A DNA stretch of 64,000 bases from Eledone cirrhosa (Eukaryota), in assembly GCA_964016885.1 (NCBI GenBank), contig CAXHJY010000949.1, positions 62,001 to 126,000 on the forward strand, given 5' to 3'. Shown one piece after another: positions 45,889 through 58,926 of the stretch (positions are counted from its first letter, which is position 1; every line of letters begins with the position of its first letter). The translations under genes were made by a program, and so were the position numbers. A model generated the notes under the pieces. The model did not search any database. It was not told the DNA's origin and was given only the letters and a program-made list of their open reading frames with translations.

Positions 45889-46097
45889 GGTGGTGGATTG
45901 GCAGTATCGATAGAGCGTTGCTGCATAGAGTTGAGACCCTTTACGTTCTGAGTTCAAATCCCGCCAAGGTTAGCTTTGCTTTTCATCCTTACTGGGTCAA
46001 TAAAGGAAAGCACCAGTAATGTACTGGAGGCGATTAGTTGACTTTCCTCTTCCTTACAAATTGCGGGCCTTGTGCTTAAAGTATAAACAATTATTAT
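45889..46097 (+). mobile_element. SINE family A copy
   Basis: ggtggattggcagtatcg...gagttcaaatcccgcc...ttgtgcttaaagtataaacaattatt. Confidence 0.8.
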
Positions 46098-46234
46098 CAT
46101 TTTTCCATGTAAGTATGGGTTGGACATATTGTCATATTTCAAGATCAAACAAGTCAAAAGGATCAATCTTGCTCATTACATTCCATATTTGGCAAGGCTT
46201 TTACATTTGGATGCACTTCCTAACACCAGCCACC

Positions 46235-47007
46235 TTACAGAGTGTACTAGGTGTATTTTTTGTGACACCAGCTCTACCATTTTACAATGTGGTGGTCCAT
46301 GTGTATTTATCATGACACCACTACTAACACTTTACAGAGTGTACTAGGTGTATTTTTTGTGACATCAGCTCTACCATTTTACAATGTGGTGGTCCATGTG
46401 TATTTATCATGACACCACTACTAACACTTTACAGAGTGTACTAGGTGTATTTTTTGTGATACCAGAACTACCATTTTACAATGTGGTGGTCCATGTGTAT
46501 TTATCATGGTACCACTACTAACACTTTACAGAGTGTACTAGGTGTATTTTTTGTGACATCAGCTCTACCATTTTACAATGTGGTGGTCCATGTATATTTA
46601 TCATGACACCACTACTAACACTTTACAGAGTGTACTAGGTGTATTTTCTGTGATACCAGAACTACCATTTTACAATGTGGTGGTCCATGTGTATTTATCA
46701 TAGTACTACTACTAACACTTTACAGAGTGTACTAGGTGTATTTTTTGTGACACCAGCTCTACCATTTTACAATGTGGTGGTCCATGTGTATTTATCATGA
46801 CACCACTACTAACACTTTACAGAGTGTACTAGGTGTATTTTCTGTGACACCAGAACTACCATTTTACAATGTTACCACCACTAACACTTCACAGAAAGTA
46901 CTAGGTGTAATTCTTATCACACCAGAACTACCATTTTACAATGTGGTGGACTGTGTGCATTTTATCATGGTACTACTACTAATACTTTACAGAGTGTACT
47001 AGGTGTA
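46235..47007. repeat. ~97-bp tandem repeat (dimer of ~48-bp subunits), about 8 copies
   Basis: ttacagagtgtactaggtg at 46235, 46332, 46429 etc.; grows out of an RTE/SINE tail (ggatgcacttcctaacaccagccac). Confidence 0.9.
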
Positions 47008-47774
47008 TTATTCTAAAATAATTTGGCAACATGCTTGTTTACCTTATTTAAGGCTAATGCTAGCATAACACCTCTTTCTGCTACTTCTGAGGTAGACATT
47101 TGGCCATTGGTGGAAATATTGTAAATCTTTCTTTTTTGTATTCTTTTTGACAAGAAATTAGTTTAAAATGTTTAAAAGCAAACTTTTATTCTACTTTAGC
47201 TAATGGGGGTTGACTTGGAAGAACTTAAAAACCCTCCCATTTCTAAATCTGGAATAAAAACACATTTAAATTTCTTTTTTTTTATTTTCCATAAGTTAAT
47301 CTGGTTAAAAAATTAATTTTTCATTGAGTTCTGACATGGTTGTCCATTTACCTTAACGTACAGCAACAACAACAATAATAATACAAGGAGAAAATATATA
47401 AAAATTTGTACTGGTTTCTCAAATTTAATTGTTTAATTTTCATGAAACGACATGATCTATGATTGAAAATCTAATCAGGAGGGGAAAGAAAGAAAGAAAG
47501 AAAGAAAGAAGAAAGAAGGAAAGAAATATTAAAACTGAAAAAAAAAAAAAAAAAATAATAATTATAAAAAATATCAAAATAAAACAAAAACCAATAAAAT
47601 AAGAAAAATTAAAAAAGAGACTTACTTGACATTTTAAATTAAATTTGAAATATTTGACATGGAATTATTTAAACTTTGGGAAAGAAGTTTTTAAAAAATA
47701 ATAAATCTAAACAAAATATGATATAAAGATATATTTTTTAAAAGAAAACAGCATCGCCAACACCAACACCAGAA

Positions 47775-48530
47775 ACCACCAATACCCTCACCACCATCAT
47801 TACCACTGCTGTCACACCACAAACTACCAAGGCCATTACCATCACCACCAATACCATCACCACCATCATTACCACTGCTGTCACACCACAAACTACCAAG
47901 ACCATTACCATCACCACCAATACCATCACCACCATCATTACCACTGCTGTCACACCACAAACTACCAAGACCATTACCATCACCACCAATACCATCACCA
48001 CCATCATTACCACTGCTGTCACACCACAAACTACCAAGACCATTACCATCACCACCAATACCATCACCACCATCATTTCCACTGCTGTCACACCACAAAC
48101 TACCAAGACCATTACCATCACCACCAATACCATCACCACCATCATTTCCACTGCTGTCTTCACCAACACCATCAGCTGTTACCACAAACCACCAACACCA
48201 TCACCATTACCATCACCACCATCATAGTCACTGGTATCACGACAAACCACCAACACCATCACCACCACCACATTCACAGCTGTCACCACAAACCACCATT
48301 ACTATTACCACAAACCACCACCACCACCATCATCATCACCACCATCATATTCACTGCTGTCACCACAAACCACCATTACCATTACCACAAACCACCACCA
48401 CCACCATCATCATCACCACCATCATATTCACTGCTGTCACCACAAACCACCATTACCATTACCACAAACCACCACCACCACCATCATCACCACCACCATC
48501 ATATTCACTGCTGTCACCACAAAACCCCAC
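47775..48530. repeat. 69-bp minisatellite (~5.5 copies) followed by related CAC-rich repeats
   Basis: cactgctgtc at 47804 and 47873 etc. Confidence 0.88.
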
Positions 48531-49016
48531 CAAAAACAAAATTACCAATATAAAGGAAATATTTTTAAAAAAAGCTACTATTTTTTGGAAATTGTTCACA
48601 CAGCAATATCTCTTTTGTTAAATATGTAACATAAAATTAATGGATTAACAATTATTTTTAACATCTCTTTCTAATTAATTGATTAAAGACACTGCATGCA
48701 AAAAAAATGTCAATACAGAATTGATTGTTGAAATAACAGCATTTATCCAATATTGGACATAGATTAATAGTGTGTGTGTATATTTGGTTTGTACTCACAC
48801 ACACATACAAACTATATATATATATATATATATATATAGTGGGAAATGAAGGAAAAATTATGATATATATATGTAACTCTTTATTTCATATTTAGTTTTA
48901 TATTGGAAAATGTTTTACCAGTATTTGATAAACAACTACCTACCTGGGAAAAGGTGATATTAAATGAAGATGAACTATAAAATTGTGTACACACACACAT
49001 ATTTCATTATAGAAAC

Positions 49017-49066
49017 GACTTCTACGGGATTAGAACTGTTTCATTGATAAGAAATCATCAGGACTT
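49017..49066 (-). ncRNA. Degenerate hammerhead of the 33990/63528 family
   Basis: CTGATGA...GAAAcagttctaatcccgTA; core intact, stems eroded. Confidence 0.55.
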
Positions 49067-49486
49067 TCCTGGTGTATAGACACCTATACTCTTCTAATAT
49101 ATTGAATACCTTTTTTAATTGTGGTCACCTCACAATATACATAGATACAACAGACAATCAACTTGGTGTATTTTGTGTTGATTATTAATAAATTTATTAA
49201 TTCTGTTAATGATAATGGCATCCTTAATTTCCAAATTTCTGATGTTCCATTCTGTGGCTTTTGTAGTGACTATGTCATAGGTGTGACATATTTCTAGAAC
49301 AAGCAGTTGTATAGATGTCTTCTTTAATCTGGTGTTGCCATTTAAAGACCTTACCTCTGAGTTAGGAGCTGTTAAATTGATAACGTGTGAGGTACAACAC
49401 ATGAAACCTCAAGCATACATTCACATTGTTGATAGAAGAGTTGACTAGTGTACACTTATCTCTGTGTAGACATTGATAGCCCTTAA

Positions 49487-49701
49487 CCCTTTAGCATTTA
49501 AACCGGCCATATCTGGCCAGCATTCTCTCATTTCTTTCTCACACATAACTGGCCGCTCATACTTATGATAAAGTATTGTTCTCAAAATAAATAATAACAA
49601 AATCTCATAGATTTGATATTATGTGAGATAATTATGTAAGATAAAGCTTTTACCACAAAAATACAATAGTAAACATATAGAGTAATGTAAATGCTAAAGG
49701 G
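49487..49701. mobile_element. piggyBac-type MITE
   Basis: Perfect 14-bp TIR ccctttagcattta; TTAA at 49483-49486 and 49702-49705. Confidence 0.88.
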
Positions 49702-49885
49702 TTAAAAGATATTTCATCATGGAGGACCCAGATTGCATTAGTTTTCTGTTCAGTCTCTTTGAAATTACTTAAGCATATAGGTCTAACTGAGCAGACCTCT
49801 GATCCTAAACATCTCCACTGAGACCTTCCTCTCTTATTGTTATGCAACATTATCCAAGGTAGTCTTATCAATGATATGGTTTTAA

Positions 49886-50093
49886 CCCTTTAGCATTTAC
49901 ATTACTCTATATTTACTATTGTATTTTCATGGTAAAGGCTTTATCTCACATAATATCAAATCTACAAGATTTTGATATCATTTATTTTGAGAACAATACC
50001 TTAACATTAGTATGAGCAGCCAATTACAACCGGTTTGAAAAGAAAGAGGTGAAAGAACTCTGGCCGGTTATGGCCGATTTAAATGCTAAGGGG
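49886..50093. mobile_element. piggyBac-type MITE, opposite orientation to the previous copy
   Basis: Same TIR with 1 mismatch; TTAA both sides. Confidence 0.88.
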
Positions 50094-50924
50094 TTAAGAC
50101 TATACAGTATAGTTTAACTCCTTTCATTACCATATTTCTAATGAAATACAGTGTAATTGAAATTCTGTTGACTGAGTATATCAAGAGAAATGCTATAACA
50201 AATTGTTCAAAGTCTGCTCCTACCCTAATATATCATCTGCATAGTGATCCCACTCAACAGGATGGAGAAGACATTGCTTTGAATGATGGTGAATGAGATG
50301 TGCTGGAACAGCCACTCCACCTCACAGGGCCCACACCTATGGGAAGCCAATTAGTTACTATTAGAGAAGGTAACACTATATCAACAATGTTGTAATTAGG
50401 CTGATTCTCATTGGTCAAGATGTCATGTGGTCAAACAGATCAAAAGAATGGATCAAAAGCAGAAAGTCTTCAGAGAAGTACTCCCGCTCCACACACACAC
50501 ACACCTCATGCAAGTGTTTTGACCCTTAAAAGAAGTGTAAATGAAAGGATGTGATTAGAACCTGTGACAGTCATATCTAAGTCTATAGCAAGTCTGATAC
50601 ATTAATAACATTAGATTTATTTGGTGACTTTTAGTATATTTTTACACGTTTTTTTTTGTAATATTTAAATAATTTTTTTCTCATACTCTGATGAACAAAT
50701 ATTTTTTTAGAATCAAACCAGAAAATCAAATCAAAGCACAAAGAACAATAAAACAAACATAAAAATTAATAAAAATTTTAGAAAACCAATGACATTTTTC
50801 AAATTTGCTGTACAACAACAACAACTAATAATAATAATAATGATTTCTACTATAGGCACAAGGCCAGCAAATAAGGATAACAAAATATAATAGTAAAAAT
50901 AATAATGATAATGATGCTGGTTTC

Positions 50925-51645
50925 TTCAACCATCACCATCATCACCAACAACATTATTACCAACATCAATACCATCACAGACATCACCATCATCACCAAC
51001 AACATTATTACCAACATCAATACCATCACAGACATCACCATCACCACCAACAACAACAATATAATGAATATCATTGCCATTACCATCAACAATCACCACA
51101 ACCACCATCATCTCCATCTTAACCACCACCTCTACCAAAACCATGTCCACCACCATCACTGCCACTTCCACCACCAACTCCACTGCTCCATTACCACCAC
51201 TAACATCTCCACTTTCACCACCATCTCCACTACAACGACCACCACAATTTCCACCACTAACACCACCATCAGCTCCATCAACATCACCCCACCACCACCA
51301 CCACCAGCTCCATCAACATCACCCCCCCCCCCAACTCCATCACCCCCCCACCCACCCACTAGCATCTTCAACATCACCACCAACATCATCTCTGCCACCA
51401 CCACCTCTACCACCATCTTCAACATCACCACCAACACCATCTCTGCCACCACCACCTCTACCACCATCTTCAACATCACCACCAACACCATCTCTGCCAC
51501 CACCAACACCACTTTCCACCACCAACTCAACCATAACCATCTCCACTCCCATAACCATCACCCCAACCATTTCCATCACCAAATCTATAATACCAGTTCC
51601 ACCAACACCCCTGCCCCACCAAATAAATAACAATAATAATAATAG
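50925..51645. repeat. Low-complexity CAC/CAT/CAA tract
   Basis: Direct inspection. Confidence 0.85.
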
Positions 51646-51864
51646 TATTGATAATAAAAAGTAATTGGAAAACTAAATACATATGACATTTAAGAAATGG
51701 GTTGACATAGCAATTTCTCTTTTGTTAAATATTATGATTAATGATTTTAATTACGTAGTTTAGATGTGATGAAGCAGCTTCTTGGTTTAATTAATTGTTA
51801 AAGTCAATGTGAAGTAGTTCACTGTTTTAGCTAAAGATATTTCTCCGTCGTAAACATATATATC

Positions 51865-52270
51865 TTCTTCTTCACCCATTTATTTCTGAGAGGGTTGTGG
51901 AAGCAGAGTCCTCAAATACACCTTCCAGCAGCTTCTGTCAGAAGCAAATGTCTCCAATTTATCCAGCTGGATCTACAAGTGAAACCAGCTGAGCTCATGG
52001 ATCTTATCCAAACATCTTGCTCAAAGTCTACCCCTGGGCCTCCTGCTGATAGGTGTTGCCATATAAAATCTGTTCAGTGATTCTTTCCTGAGACATTCTA
52101 ACCCCATGTCCATAATAGCAAAGCTCTGATCTCTCAATTTGGAGAAGTAGCATCTCTACCTGGAGTAACTCTCCGATTTGTAAGCTGTACACTCTATCAA
52201 GAAATGTTACTCCAGAGACCCTTTCAGAGGAATCCATTTCAGCCACTTGTATTCAAAAGATGCACTCTAC
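51865..52270 (-). mobile_element. Old RTE-like LINE 3' fragment
   Basis: Degenerate ..IERSELCYYGHGVRM..R translation; (GAA)n-like tail. Confidence 0.55.
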
Positions 52271-52385
52271 CAATCAGTATTGAGTGCTCATTCAGTTATT
52301 ATTTGAATGTTCTAAACAGTACAGTATCTTATATACGCATTCGATTTTATATATATATATACACCACACACATACATAAACATAT

Positions 52386-52428
<43 letters not shown>

Positions 52429-52949
52429 TAGTACTATATATTGCTAATATAATGTAAGTAATATTTCATTTCCAATTGATTATATGATGTATACATTTTT
52501 TATGCAAGATATTAAAATTGTTGTGCCTATAACAATATCTATGTGAGTGCCCTCTGCTTGGTTTTTTTAGTGCTAAATTTGCATCGAGGCGTTATTGATC
52601 AACAAGTCAATATTTCTATGTATCGATATTTACATTCCACACACACGCATAAATATATATTACTCGATATCTACCCCTAAATATAATGACCACCACCACC
52701 ACTCCCACCCCAACCAGTATGAAATCTATAAATATCAACAACTTACTATGTCACCCAACATTCCTGATAATTTCATACAAATGAAACCATTTTATTATTG
52801 TAGAAACCATTTCTATATTAAATATTGATATATGTATTGAGATATATATATATATATATATTTTCATTATTATTAAGGGTTATCACTGATGACCCTGTCA
52901 TAAACAGGCAAAACTCCAGAGTAACAAGACTCACAATTTTGCCTTAATA

Positions 52950-53142
52950 ATAATTGTTTCTACTTTTGGCACAAGGCCAGCAATTACCCAGTGTATTACT
53001 GGTACTTTATTTTATCGACCCTGTAAGGATGAAAGGCAAAGTTAACCTCGGCGGGATTTGAACTCAGAATGGCAAGGGCAGTAACTCTATACGTCAAAGC
53101 AGGGCGTCCAACGCTCTACCAATACTGCCAATCCACTGCCCT
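52950..53142 (-). mobile_element. SINE family A full-length copy
   Basis: Matches 4631-4822. Confidence 0.88.
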
Positions 53143-53580
53143 TATAATAATGAATATTAAAACTCCACTTCGGTATTGGGTACTCCTTTCTCTCAGCCCT
53201 CACACACACACACACACACACACACCACACACACCACACACATTCGTTTTTTAATTTGTTTTGTGAGATTTCTTATCTGAAAACTTGTGTTGGAACAGAT
53301 ATTGTTATACTTTGGGAGGGTCATGTTGCCAATAAAAACACACACACCTCTTGGTTTTCACTTCAACTTATTACAAGTTTCCGGTTGGTTCAATAACTTG
53401 AAGGTTGTTTAGCTATAGTCAATGCTCTTTCATCACACATTCTGTGACCTCCTCAGTGACCAGGTTTTTATTTTGTGTGTCTCTCCTTTGTTCTATCCTA
53501 GACCATCTTAACCCAACAAGTGTGTGTGTTTTTATTGGCGACATGACCCTCCCTAAGTATAACAATATACATATATATAT

Positions 53581-53851
53581 CATCATCATATTCATTTTAC
53601 GTCCGCTTTTCCCTGCTTGCAAGGGTGGGATGGGTCCTATTCAGCACAGCATGTCTCCACTTGTCATGGTCCTTTGTCATCTCCACCGTGAGCTTCAGCA
53701 ATCTGAGGTCTGTTTTCACCACCTCCGCCCATGTTTTTCGAGGTCTACCTCTACCACGTCTTCCTTCAACTGGCATTTCCTAACACTTCTTCACCCATCG
53801 GTCATCCTCCATGCACATTACATGTCCATACCACCGCAGTCTCCTCTCTCG

Positions 53852-53853
<2 letters not shown>
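53581..53853 (-). mobile_element. RTE LINE 3' fragment
   Basis: VRERRLRWYGHVMCMEDDRWVKKC; tail identical in type to SINE family B tail. Confidence 0.8.
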
Positions 53854-53907
<54 letters not shown>

Positions 53908-54401
53908 GGATAAATGAATTGTTTTTTAAAGTTGTAACCACCAAAAACCAAGGGGAACCAACTGGCAACTTTGATCCTCACTACTATCTTAGTAATAGAA
54001 TAAATAACAATTTTAGTAAATCCCTCAAAATTCTTCATTAATTAATTCAAATAAAGATACGGCCATATTTAAAAAGAAATATGGCCATAAAGGTGTTAAA
54101 AACCACATTGGATAATGTTATCCTCTATATACTATGTCAGAAATTCAAGAAGCAATGGCCATGGTGAGGTATATATTTGATCACAAAGTCTGCTGCATCA
54201 GGACTGAGCCAAAGCAGTAAACCAAAAATCACAGACATTCCATTGTAGGAATCAAACTTCCTGACCTGACATTTTGGTAAAATGTTGACTGTTTCATGTG
54301 ATACTGTTCTTAAGATATTTCTGCTTCAAATATATTTTTGTACGCAATCTTCACAATGTTATTTCAAAAACATTTTCATTTTGTTATTTATTTGTATTAG
54401 C

Positions 54402-54410
54402 TTACTACTT

Positions 54411-54461
<51 letters not shown>

Positions 54462-55066
54462 ATACTACTACTACTACCATTACTGCAGCTGCAACTACTT
54501 CTATCACTACTACTAATACTACCACTATCACATCACCGCCACCACCACCACCACCACCACTACTACTACTACTACCACCACTACTACTACTACTACCACC
54601 ACTACTACTACTACTACCACCACTACTACTACTACTACCACCACCACCACCACCACCACCACCACCACCACCACCACCACCACCACCACCACCACCACCA
54701 CCACCACCACTACTACTACTACAACTACTACAACCACTACTACTGCTACTACCACCACCATCACTACTACTACTATTACTACTACTACTACTGCTTCTGC
54801 TTCTACCACAACCCTCGCCAAAACTATCACGACTATTAATCCTTCTACTACTATTCCTACTATCACTACTTCTGCCACCACTACTACTATTACCACTACC
54901 ATCACCACCACTACTACTATATACCACCACCACCATTACAAATACTACTACTACTGTTGCTGCTGCCACCACAATCCTCGCCAAAACTACCACCACTACT
55001 ACCTCTTCTACTATTATTCCTACTATCACCACCACTCATGCCACCACCACCACCACTACTACTACA
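54402..55066. repeat. (CTA)n/(CCA)n microsatellite complex
   Basis: Direct inspection. Confidence 0.92.
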
Positions 55067-55380
55067 ATATTATAACCCACACCTGAGAACAACACATTTG
55101 CCACATTCAAATACCACGATGATATAACATCATCATCGTTACATCAATACATCTGTTATTCCATGCTTGCATGGGTCAGACAAGTTTTCTCCAAAACTCT
55201 CTCTCTCTCTCCACTTCTGACATTCTTTTGTAATCTCTTCAGTCTTTGATCAATTTTTCCCCACTTCTGCTGGCAGCTTTTTTTGGTTTTCTTCAGTGGT
55301 TTCCTTCCCTTCGAGCTCACCATTACAATCCTCACTTGTTTTACATTCGTTTTTCCATAATTATATAGCTTTAGCATTTC

Positions 55381-55714
55381 GCTTAGTGGTTAGAGCATTG
55401 GCCTTGCAATCGGAAGGTTGTGAGTTCAATTCTCAGACCGGGTGATGTGTTGTTTCCTTGAGCAAGACACTTTATTTCACATTGCTCCAGTTTACTCAGC
55501 TGTAGAAATGAGATGATAGGGACTGGGATCCATATCATTCCACTGCAAAGTGGTCGTGGAGGTGCCACGGCAAAAAAGCACCCAGCACTCACTGTAAATG
55601 AGGTTGGTGTTAGGAAGGGCATCCAGCTGTAGAAATCAAGCCAAAATCAGTTCCCGTCCCACCCTTGCAAGCAGGGAAAAGCGGATGTAAAATGAAATGA
55701 TGATGAAATGATGA
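55381..55714 (+). mobile_element. SINE family B copy
   Basis: Near identical to 13766-14083. Confidence 0.88.
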
Positions 55715-55716
55715 TT

Positions 55717-55922
55717 TCAACCAGCTGTATCCAGCCAGAATTCTCTCACCTCTTTCTGTTCAAATCGGCTGTAACTGGCCATGCTTACTGATAAGGTATA
55801 CTTATTAAAATAAATAATATCAAAATCTCATAGATTCAATAGTATGTGAAATAATTATGTAAAGTTAAGCCTTTACTGTGAAAATATAATAGTATATATA
55901 GAGTAATGTAAATACTAAAGGG
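55717..55922. mobile_element. piggyBac-type MITE, one end missing
   Basis: Homologous to 49487-49701; ends taaatactaaagggTTAA. Confidence 0.75.
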
Positions 55923-56024
55923 TTAAGGGATTTTTCCATCACTGGGATGAAAATATTGTATTTGATGCTTAAGAGACACAGACAGAAAGGAAGTGTGTTT
56001 CTGTTATATTCTTACTATAATATC

Positions 56025-56577
56025 TTGCTCAGAACATTGACCTCCTAGAAACTGTTCAGAGACGTGCAACCAAGCGCATACCCTCCATCAGGGATCTACC
56101 ATACTCTGAACGCCTTGCTTTCCTGGGCATGGATTCATTGAAGCTCCGACGTCTGGCAATAGACTTGGTAAACACCCACAAAGTTATTAACCATCTCGCC
56201 AACAACAACCCTGAGCACCTTTTTGATCTCCATGTGTCTAACACACGTGGACATGCCTACAAAATCAGAAAACAGCACAGCTCCCATGACTATCGTAAAC
56301 GTTTTTTCACGCACAGAGTTGCTGAAGCATGGAACAAACTGCCTACGTCAGTTGTTAGCTGCCGATACACTGCATCCTTTAAAACCCTCATGCTTCTCGA
56401 AATATGACAAAACTACACCTGATGTACCCCTTCCATACACATGCACACATCATGACTCATGCACTGTTCATTTTCCTGACGTTTGTACATTACCCTATGT
56501 ACTATACATACACTTTTTGATGAGTTGTTGTGCACCTGAGCACTGTATACAATATTTCATTATTATTATTATTATTG
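56025..56577 (+). mobile_element. CR1/L2-group LINE 3' fragment
   Basis: LETVQRRATKRIP..YSERL..SLKLRR..D..TRGH..FFTHRV..WNKLP; (ATT)n tail. Confidence 0.88.
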
Positions 56578-56907
56578 TTATAAAGCAACTGGAGAAGTAT
56601 TTATATAGAGCTCAATATATGATTACTGTATGGAAGTTACACAAAACGCCAGCACCAACAGTTTTACAAGAGATGTCAATATGAATGGACCTGTTATTTT
56701 TATCAAAAAACATTTTTTCCAAATCCTACCTGCCTGTCCCCTCAATCTATCTTATTTCTCATTCTTTCTACTGATAAAGGACTTGCGTCCGAAATGTTAA
56801 GTCTCTCTTCCTGCTATATCAAGTGTTAAACTGATATATCCCTTCCATATACTGTACCGATTGTGTTGTTATATCGGTTTACCTTTTACATATATATATA
56901 TATATAT

Positions 56908-57313
56908 CATCATCATCATCGTTTAACGTCCATTTTCCACGCTAGCATGGGTCTGGATGGGAATTGTCCCACTTGAGGCAAGATTGGTTGTCTTGCTCGT
57001 ATAGGACTGTCTGGCGGGTTTTCTATGGCTGGATGCTCTTCCTAACACCAACCACGTTTACAGTGTGGACTGGGAAGTTTTTACCGTGTTACCTACATTT
57101 TGCTTTATATCTGGAGATCTCTCTGCAGTTGTCGTCACATGGTACCATGGGCCCAGCGCTATGTGTCAATAATTGTCACAAGTGTAGTGTTTGTACCAGA
57201 GTTTTCAAGTCGCTGGCTGGACTAAAAAGTCACACTCGTTCAGCGCATCGGTAGGGGTACTCCTACATGGATATAAAGTAGTGGCCGTACTCGAAAACAA
57301 GTTGGCAGCTACC
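56908..57313. mobile_element. Two different RTE 3' ends joined back to back (minus 56908-57094, plus 57095-57313)
   Basis: Left part matches 29775-29942; right part encodes CSVCTRVFKSLAGLKSHTRSAHR* and matches 3441-3655 reversed. Confidence 0.78.
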
Positions 57314-58312
57314 ATATATATATATGTATATATGCATGTATATATATAAATATAATATGTGTATATATGCATGTGTATATATATATATATATATAATATA
57401 TGTATATATGCATGTATATATATAATATATGTATATATGCATGTATATATATATATATATAATATATAGATAATTTAATATATCTACTAACATATTTTAC
57501 GTCTGTTATATATATAATATATGTATATATGCATGTATATATATATATATATATGTATATATGCATGTATATATATATATATAATATATGTATATATGCA
57601 TGTATATATATATATATAATATATGTATATATGCATGTATATATATATGTATATATATATATATGTATATATGCATGTATATATATATGTATATATATAT
57701 ATATATGTACATATGCATGTATATATATGAATAAAATTAGTCCTTCATCAGTGATCTTCCAGCCTTCATTGGTATTTCATCGCTTTAAAGACCATATACC
57801 TCTGGTTGGTGTGAGCAACGGCTAAAGAAAGTCGTTGGGACACGTAAATAGGGGGAACGAGCGAGACAGTAAACAAACAAAGATGGTAATGCAACGAAAA
57901 GTGAGGAAGAAGGAGTCAAGTCCCTGAAATCGATGAACATAAGTTCTGTGAAATCGTAGACTAGAGAATAAAGACCATCAAACCTGGTTGAAATGTGAGT
58001 GAGGAAAGAATTTCGCACAGGTCAAACGGGAGGAAGTGATGGAGAGGGAGTAGCAGAGAGTGAGTGTGTGAAAGTGTGAGGAAGAGGCTAACAGAGAGAG
58101 TCACTGGCAGAAGGGGTAAAAAGAAGTGAGAGATACAGAGAAAGGGGAAGCAGTAAGAAAGAAACAGATGGGTCACAGCGGAGGAAAATATATAAATATA
58201 TGAAAAATATGAAAAAATGGCATGCTGTGTGGTTGCAAATGGGTTACATATGAATAAAATTAGTCCTTCATCAATATATATATATATATATATATAATAT
58301 ATGTATATATGC

Positions 58313-58349
<37 letters not shown>

Positions 58350-58362
58350 TATGTATATACGC

Positions 58363-58405
<43 letters not shown>

Positions 58406-58461
58406 TGTATATATATATATATTATATATATATATATATATGCATGTATATATATATATAT

Positions 58462-58557
<96 letters not shown>

Positions 58558-58763
58558 TATGTATATATGCATGTATATATATATATATATATATATAATA
58601 TATGTATATATGCATGTATATATATATATATATAATATATGTATATATGCATGTATATATATATATATATATATAATATATGTATATATGCATGTATATA
58701 TATATATATAATATATGTATATATGCATGTATATATATATATATATAATATATGTATATATGC

Positions 58764-58796
<33 letters not shown>

Positions 58797-58830
58797 TAAT
58801 ATATGTACATATGCATATATATATATATAT
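57314..58830. repeat. AT-rich minisatellite/microsatellite (tataatatatgtatatatgcatg units) interrupted by a unique insert
   Basis: Direct inspection. Confidence 0.88.
57724..58273 (-). mobile_element. ~550-bp insert bounded by a ~26-bp direct repeat; possible Penelope-like pLTR unit
   Basis: atatgaataaaattagtccttcatca at both ends; minus strand reads (c)TGATGAagg and is pyrimidine-rich internally. Confidence 0.5.
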
Positions 58831-58889
58831 GATGATGATGATGATATGCTTTCTACATATATCTATTGTATTTTCTACATTGTTAATAA

Positions 58890-58926
58890 TATTTCTTTTG
58901 TTTTTCTTACATTTTACAGGTAAGCC
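58890..58926 (+). other. Candidate recursive splice site (3' acceptor immediately followed by 5' donor)
   Basis: tttcttttgtttttcttacattttacAG|GTaagc. Confidence 0.45.

Noticed and set aside
47691-48185. Gly/Asp-rich repeat protein
   Set aside because: In-frame 69-bp minisatellite within a CAC-rich tract; no other gene evidence.
57170-57254. Host C2H2 zinc-finger gene exon
   Set aside because: Single finger at a LINE ORF end, repeated at 3441-3655 with the same short 3' UTR and tail.
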